IMG/VR virus record: IMGVR_UViG_3300032008_000011
Location: 1 to 41,146 of that record
Source: a virus
Taxonomy: Duplodnaviria; Caudoviricetes
Length of the DNA: 41,146 nucleotides
Direction: 5' to 3' (one strand)
A program made the translations under genes and the position numbers. Of the stretch, positions 36,204 through 41,146 are shown in pieces (positions within the stretch are counted from its first letter, which is position 1; every line of letters starts with the position of its first letter). The notes under the pieces were generated by a model. The model did no database searches, was not told the DNA's origin, and saw nothing but the letters and a program-made list of their open reading frames with translations.

Positions 36204-36374
36204 TTATATATTCTGCAACCACATCGCGATCAAAATGATGATGATCAGCACGCCCCACATCAGAGCTGCCAAACCGAACAGGTGCAAGGCAGGCCGGTAG
36301 ATCGGCTTGAGGTTGAATCGGTCGTAATTGTCGTTCTTGCCAAAGCGATATTCATAGTCCCCGTCATCATCCAT
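36204..36374 (-). CDS. 56-aa membrane protein
   Basis: GGAG RBS; acidic N-terminus and one C-terminal TM helix. Confidence 0.5.
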   Translation of the reverse strand: MDDDGDYEYRFGKNDNYDRFNLKPIYRPALHLFGLAALMWGVLIIIILIAMWLQNI

Positions 36375-36377
36375 TCT

Positions 36378-36593
36378 CTATCTCCACCCGAATGAATGCA
36401 CCCCCGTTCCCGTCAGGGCACTTATCAGGAAAATTACGGCGATAAGCAGGACGATGATCCAGACAGCTTTCTTTATAATTTCTGGCACTGGTACTGACAT
36501 TTGTTCCAGGACCCAGAAGGCCAGCCACACGACAAGGCATAGGATGACGAGGGCAACGAGCACCCACAGGATGTTAATTGCGATTGCTGCCAT
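36378..36593 (-). CDS. Two-TM membrane protein (holin candidate)
   Basis: Two hydrophobic helices; GGAGG RBS; follows the endolysin. Confidence 0.6.
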   Translation of the reverse strand: MAAIAINILWVLVALVILCLVVWLAFWVLEQMSVPVPEIIKKAVWIIVLLIAVIFLISALTGTGVHSFGWR

Positions 36594-36661
36594 TGAATCC
36601 CTCCAGAAGTAAACAGGTGACAACAACGAGGAACGTGGCCGTAACGACGATCCAGACCAGG

Positions 36662-37660
36662 TCAGACGTCGGCACCATATTCTCGGGGTGCAGGGTAAAT
36701 AACCTCAACGTCATCATCGGTCGTTATCCCCAGATATTCCATCAGTCCGGGACTGAGATCCGCCACCCGGTCGGTATCGCCATGTGGTCCCCAATCAGCC
36801 GGCCAAGCATAGGCGCTTCTGCCGGTCTTTGTTGCCTTGACTAGAGCCTGCAAATCGGCATCGTCCAGCATGTCTTTTGGCGTGACATCGTAATCCCAAC
36901 GACAAGCCAGATAAAAGACATCAGGATTTAGCCGGCGCGCCAGACCGGTGGTCCCAGGCGGTTGTTGGTCCAGGAACAGGTCAGGGCGCTGTTCGTAGTC
37001 ATAGATGAAAGCCAGCCCTTCGTCGGGACTGACGCCTTCGTCATCTGGGCCGCCGAAATGTGAGCATTTGCCTCGCGCGGTAAAATAGCCGTCGATTGAT
37101 CCTTCTTCTGGCAACTCGTCCGGCATTTCGGCTTCGAAATTCTCTCCGACCAAGGTTCGGGCGATCGTGTAGCAGAGGAAATTGAAATGCTGCTGGTAGA
37201 GTTCGCAATCGGCGGTCGAATCGACAAAGCAGACTTCGATCAACACGGCTGGCTCGGCAGTGGAATTCAGGAAAAACAGATCATCACGATATTTGGCACC
37301 GCGATTGACGAATCCGGCGACCTTCGACATCGCATAGGACAGGTTATCGGCCAGGTCCAGTTGCGAGACATAGAGAACCTCGCAGCCCATAGGCTTATCG
37401 GTTGGCTCGAACGCGTTGAAGTGGCAGCTCACGTCTAAATCGTGCGGAGGTTGTGAATTATGGAAATCTACAATTCGATTCAGATTTTCATTTTGCGACG
37501 TACTTACGTCATCATGATAAGTAACAACATCAGCACCAAGGTTACCAAGCACATTGGCAACCTCTTCAACAACCCGACGGCTCTCATCGACTTCGTCGAT
37601 GATCCCTGAAGCGCCACGGATATGCAGGCCATGGCCAGAACTGATGACAATTCTCACCAT
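36662..37660 (-). CDS. Endolysin: Amidase_3 plus C-terminal DPBB/RlpA-like domain
   Basis: SSGHG..E, SCHFNA and AVLIEVCFVD motifs; C-terminal ADWGP...RVADLSP. Confidence 0.85.
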   Translation of the reverse strand: MVRIVISSGHGLHIRGASGIIDEVDESRRVVEEVANVLGNLGADVVTYHDDVSTSQNENLNRIVDFHNSQPPHDLDVSCHFNAFEPTDKPMGCEVLYVSQLDLADNLSYAMSKVAGFVNRGAKYRDDLFFLNSTAEPAVLIEVCFVDSTADCELYQQHFNFLCYTIARTLVGENFEAEMPDELPEEGSIDGYFTARGKCSHFGGPDDEGVSPDEGLAFIYDYEQRPDLFLDQQPPGTTGLARRLNPDVFYLACRWDYDVTPKDMLDDADLQALVKATKTGRSAYAWPADWGPHGDTDRVADLSPGLMEYLGITTDDDVEVIYPAPREYGADV

Positions 37661-37899
37661 TACTCCTCCTTGGCTTCAATCATCTCTCTGATGGCACGGC
37701 ACTCTTCAACGACAGTGTTTATATTACCGTCGGTCATCCTGACCAGACAGCGAACGCCCTTGGCGAAATGCTCATCGGATCCTTGCCGTGGTTCACGTAG
37801 CGATGTAATTTCGTTCGGATTGACGTCGATCTCCTGGCCGTTCGGTCCATGCAGCACCAGCAGATGAAGGGACAGGATGATCTGGGCGGTGTGCATCAA
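37660..37899 (-). CDS. Small protein resembling the FlbD family
   Basis: NGQEIDVNPNEI...MTDG...VVEE. Confidence 0.5.
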   Translation of the reverse strand: MMHTAQIILSLHLLVLHGPNGQEIDVNPNEITSLREPRQGSDEHFAKGVRCLVRMTDGNINTVVEECRAIREMIEAKEE

Positions 37900-37914
37900 A
37901 TTCCTCGGTCACCC

Positions 37915-39294
37915 TCAGTCGCTGGGACTTGTTGTTGCATTGCTCAATGCGCCAGTTATGGCAAAAGCACCCCCAGCCCCTTGATTCGTTGCAAAGGTAC
38001 TCGCATTTCCACTCAACAGGATGGTTGCCGTTCCCAACGCCGCAGTGGCTACTGCTGGATCAACCGGCTTCCCGCTGGCGTTCACAAATAACTGTCGCGT
38101 TGCCAAAGGTATGTTTCCAGTCCCATCAAGCAAACATACTCCGTAGAACACCCGAAAGTCGGAAATGTCTCCTATGAAAAATCCACCAGAACCGGTATTG
38201 TCATATCCAATCTGAGCTAAGTAACCATTACCCAGAACTTGATAAGATCCGCCAGTGCTGTTGGAAGAACTCAAACTTCCCATTACATCAACATTATCAA
38301 TATAAATTTTAACTTTCTTGGGAGCAGAAGTGCTTGCGTCGATTGTAAGGATTACAGAATGCCATTGGTTATCGATATAGGAAGTTGAAGTACTTGTTAT
38401 ATATTCATCATTCCCCGCGTTAGGAAAAGAGCCTAACTCGATGTCAAGCGTGCCATTGTGAATATCAAAATAAGGAACTACATAGTTGTTGGGATCGACA
38501 ACATACAATGTGGCTTCAATAGCCGAATTATTTGTTTTGAACCAAAACACCGCAGAAAATAATGAGCTGGATGGAGTGATCAAACTGCTGTTTGTAAGCC
38601 ACGTCGATCCGTCTAAATGAACTGCTGGAGCATGATATGTAGTTGGAGCAGGTCCACACCAGTCGGTAAACCCGGACGGTGGTGAACTGGCAAATGCCGA
38701 TCCACCAAAATTGGCCGTCGAGGTCGAGCCGGATGCACTTGGACCGAATGCCTGGAACGGATAGGCAGCATTGGAAGTAAACAGGGACGATATATCGAAC
38801 CCACTGGTATTGGTAGCTGGATCGGCTCCAACCGTGCCATTCCAGTTGAACAACGTACCACCACGGTTGATCCGCACCCAGATACGCTTATTGGTTAGAT
38901 CAACAGCGAATTGAAGAACATCGTTTGTGGCAATAGCACCTGTGGCAATCCCCTGTACGGAACCATTGTAATAAATGTTGCCGGAAGGATAGACAATGAA
39001 CCCCTGCGTCGCATTGACACCGACTGTGTTGATGTTTGCAGCAGATGTGCAAATACCGGGACCTGTATCACCACCGGTATAGGTTGCTCCGATCGTTATC
39101 TCGAAATAGTGCTTACCACTGCTGAACGAGTTGAAGGAACGCACCGCCATATCGCCGCTGGTGCTGGCGGTGGCAATAAGATTACTGCCAGATAATGTAA
39201 TGCCTGCGGCCTTGTCAGAAGGACTCCATGTCGTATTGCAGGCGACTGCCGCCGTCGCACCTTTCCACAACAACGGCTGCGAGATCGGCTTCAT
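37915..39294 (-). CDS. Tail/receptor-binding protein with SPRY-like and LamG/ConA-like domains
   Basis: SSGKHYFEI...FAVDL...ANFG (SPRY-like); WHSVI...KIYID...FIGDISDFRV (LamG-like); ATG 39294 overlaps the upstream stop. Confidence 0.75.
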   Translation of the reverse strand: MKPISQPLLWKGATAAVACNTTWSPSDKAAGITLSGSNLIATASTSGDMAVRSFNSFSSGKHYFEITIGATYTGGDTGPGICTSAANINTVGVNATQGFIVYPSGNIYYNGSVQGIATGAIATNDVLQFAVDLTNKRIWVRINRGGTLFNWNGTVGADPATNTSGFDISSLFTSNAAYPFQAFGPSASGSTSTANFGGSAFASSPPSGFTDWCGPAPTTYHAPAVHLDGSTWLTNSSLITPSSSLFSAVFWFKTNNSAIEATLYVVDPNNYVVPYFDIHNGTLDIELGSFPNAGNDEYITSTSTSYIDNQWHSVILTIDASTSAPKKVKIYIDNVDVMGSLSSSNSTGGSYQVLGNGYLAQIGYDNTGSGGFFIGDISDFRVFYGVCLLDGTGNIPLATRQLFVNASGKPVDPAVATAALGTATILLSGNASTFATNQGAGGAFAITGALSNATTSPSD

Positions 39295-40148
39295 GTCAAG
39301 TTGGTCCCACTGATCACCCACGTAGTCGTATCGACCTTCATCGCCGTGCAGCAGCCATAGGCCGCTAGCGTCCGCGATCCCGTTGTACCGGTCCCGGCGA
39401 GATACATGGTGTCGGTCGTGATGGCGATCGTGACGGTATTGATCAAATTCACGAACGAGATCACCGTGCCGATCGTATAGGCCACGCTGGCATTGGCAGG
39501 GATGGTGAAAGTGCGAGCGTTGTTATCGGCAATGGGATGATAGATGGCCTTGCCTGCATCTGCCAAAACTGCCGTGTAATTAACGGATTGGGCATTGACC
39601 GGAACGACGCCAGGCGTGCCAATGGCGGATTGAACAAATGCCGTCGTAGCTAGTTGCGTTGTATTGGTCCCGGCCGTTGCGGTCGGCGCCGCCGGCGTGC
39701 CGGTAAAAGTCGGACTGTTGATTGGCGCAACATTCACCCAGACCGCGTTTTGTCGACCGTAATAAGTTCCGTCAGAAGGAGCATCTCCCATTCCCCCAGG
39801 AACAACCGTCCATGTTCCGTTTTTACGTCCATATAGATTCGAATCTGATGGCGCATCCGTCAAAACCGGTACCCATGTCAATGCATGGCGACCATATGTA
39901 TTTGCGTCGTTGGGAGCCTCGACATAGGTAAACGAGGAAAGCGGAATAACTTTATAGATATTGTTAACGCTGTCCCAAATGGCCGTGTAACTGTTAGGAG
40001 GAACCGATGTTACAGGCCCAAGATCGGTATAATCCAGATCGAAATAGTAAATTCCGTTAGTCTTGGTAACAGCAATTCCTTCGCGACCGATAACCTGGGC
40101 GGGGAATCGAGGTAAAACTTTTACTTTAATGCTAAGAGGGAGGGTCAT
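39291..40148 (-). CDS. Tail fibre-like protein
   Basis: Three [DE]APxDxxxYGRxxxxW repeats and SPTFTGTPAAPT...QLATTAFV motif. Confidence 0.75.
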   Translation of the reverse strand: MTLPLSIKVKVLPRFPAQVIGREGIAVTKTNGIYYFDLDYTDLGPVTSVPPNSYTAIWDSVNNIYKVIPLSSFTYVEAPNDANTYGRHALTWVPVLTDAPSDSNLYGRKNGTWTVVPGGMGDAPSDGTYYGRQNAVWVNVAPINSPTFTGTPAAPTATAGTNTTQLATTAFVQSAIGTPGVVPVNAQSVNYTAVLADAGKAIYHPIADNNARTFTIPANASVAYTIGTVISFVNLINTVTIAITTDTMYLAGTGTTGSRTLAAYGCCTAMKVDTTTWVISGTNLT

Positions 40149-40176
40149 GCTCTGTCTCCCATGCTAATGCATCGAA

Positions 40177-40575
40177 TCATTGGCAATCAATCCCTTCCAT
40201 AACTGACAAGGCGCCGATAACAAGCTGCATTGTCTGATCATCCTGCGTCAGCCTGATGCCGATCGAGTATTCGCCTTGAGGAAGGCTGTTCATCTGCGCA
40301 GCCGTGAAATGCCACTGGAATGTGCCGAGGTCTACCACCACGATTTCGCCCGTGCCGGTCGACCCGCGCAGGATGATAACGCCAGGATCATAGCGGCCGT
40401 AATAACCGGAATTCATGTAGGCGTTCGGGTTGCGCTTGCTATTGATCACCGTCATGGTGATGCTGGCAACGGACAGGTCGATCGGATCCCCGGTGTCGTT
40501 ATCCAACACCATGCATGTTTCGATCCAGTCCGCCCGATTCGATGCAGGCGCCGAGATGTAGCCGTAATAGGTCAT
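40177..40575 (-). CDS. Tail-module Ig-like (BppU_N-like) protein
   Basis: GDPIDLS...FTAAQMNSLPQGEYSIGI. Confidence 0.55.
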   Translation of the reverse strand: MTYYGYISAPASNRADWIETCMVLDNDTGDPIDLSVASITMTVINSKRNPNAYMNSGYYGRYDPGVIILRGSTGTGEIVVVDLGTFQWHFTAAQMNSLPQGEYSIGIRLTQDDQTMQLVIGALSVMEGIDCQ

Positions 40576-40577
40576 GG

Positions 40578-41146
40578 CTATAGCTTCATATAGACAGTGA
40601 ATAACAGGATAGGCGGACAGACATTGAAAGGTGACGATATGCCTCCCTGGGCTGTTCCAGAAAACGAATAAGAATCGAAAACAACAGGAGAGGAGCCGCC
40701 TGTGATCACAACCGGAATCCCAGCGCCGCCAATAATGTTATAATTATCGATATTCCTTACGCCAACATGAGCCGTGATAGACAAGGTTCCGGATGGCGTG
40801 TATGGCGGCAGGTTAGAGGTTGTCAGTGTTATGCTTGTATTTGTTCGACCGCCAAGAGATCCTAACGTCGTGGCATTCCCCGTCGTAAACGTCACATTTT
40901 GCCAGTTATTGGCATTGGAATTTCCCATGCCGTCAAGCGCTGCTATCAGACGTGATCGGCCATCCGGCAATGTCAGTCGCTTATTTGCTGTCCAGTCCGC
41001 CAATGATGTCGCGCCGCGGCCGCCCGATACAGTCAGATTAGGATCTTTCTGCCAGAGGTATTGAAACAGAGCTTGCGCCGTCGGATCGGCGAGTTCAGTT
41101 GCGCCTGATGTCGAGGAACCGATTGTTAATCCATTCAACCGTACAA
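40578..41146 (-). CDS. Tail collar/fibre protein, 5' end outside window
   Basis: NGLTIG...ALFQYLW...LTLPDGR...LTTSNLP...FNVCPP motifs of tail collar proteins. Confidence 0.75.
   Translation of the reverse strand, partial: VRLNGLTIGSSTSGATELADPTAQALFQYLWQKDPNLTVSGGRGATSLADWTANKRLTLPDGRSRLIAALDGMGNSNANNWQNVTFTTGNATTLGSLGGRTNTSITLTTSNLPPYTPSGTLSITAHVGVRNIDNYNIIGGAGIPVVITGGSSPVVFDSYSFSGTAQGGISSPFNVCPPILLFTVYMKL

Noticed and set aside
39740-39925. Three DAPxD..YGR repeats as a novel element
   Set aside because: Common repeat of phage fibre proteins

Overview
Almost the whole genome of a tailed dsDNA phage with P22-like (podovirus) virion gene order, probably infecting an alphaproteobacterium (it encodes a GcrA homolog and has CTTGAC-N17-CTATAT-like promoters). 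Nearly all genes are on the minus strand. Packaging and head genes are terS, a 2.6-kb run of small genes, terL, an ART-like gene, portal, scaffold and MCP. These are followed by gp4/gp10-like tail genes, a repeat-rich fibre and four ejection proteins, the last truncated at base 1. The right end carries tail/receptor-binding and lysis genes (truncated at 41146), then GcrA and an HNH insertion. A Cro-like/VRR-NUC/exonuclease/SSB/primase-helicase replication module ends in a likely origin and a putative late regulator. Two plus-strand islands stand out: an array of small unknown genes with covarying GCAA-hairpin leader repeats (20.5-22.55 kb) and a pair of exported Gly-rich proteins (34.57-35.87 kb). 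No integrase, CI repressor, tRNA or CRISPR array was seen. All family assignments come from motif recognition and gene order by eye, not from database searches.
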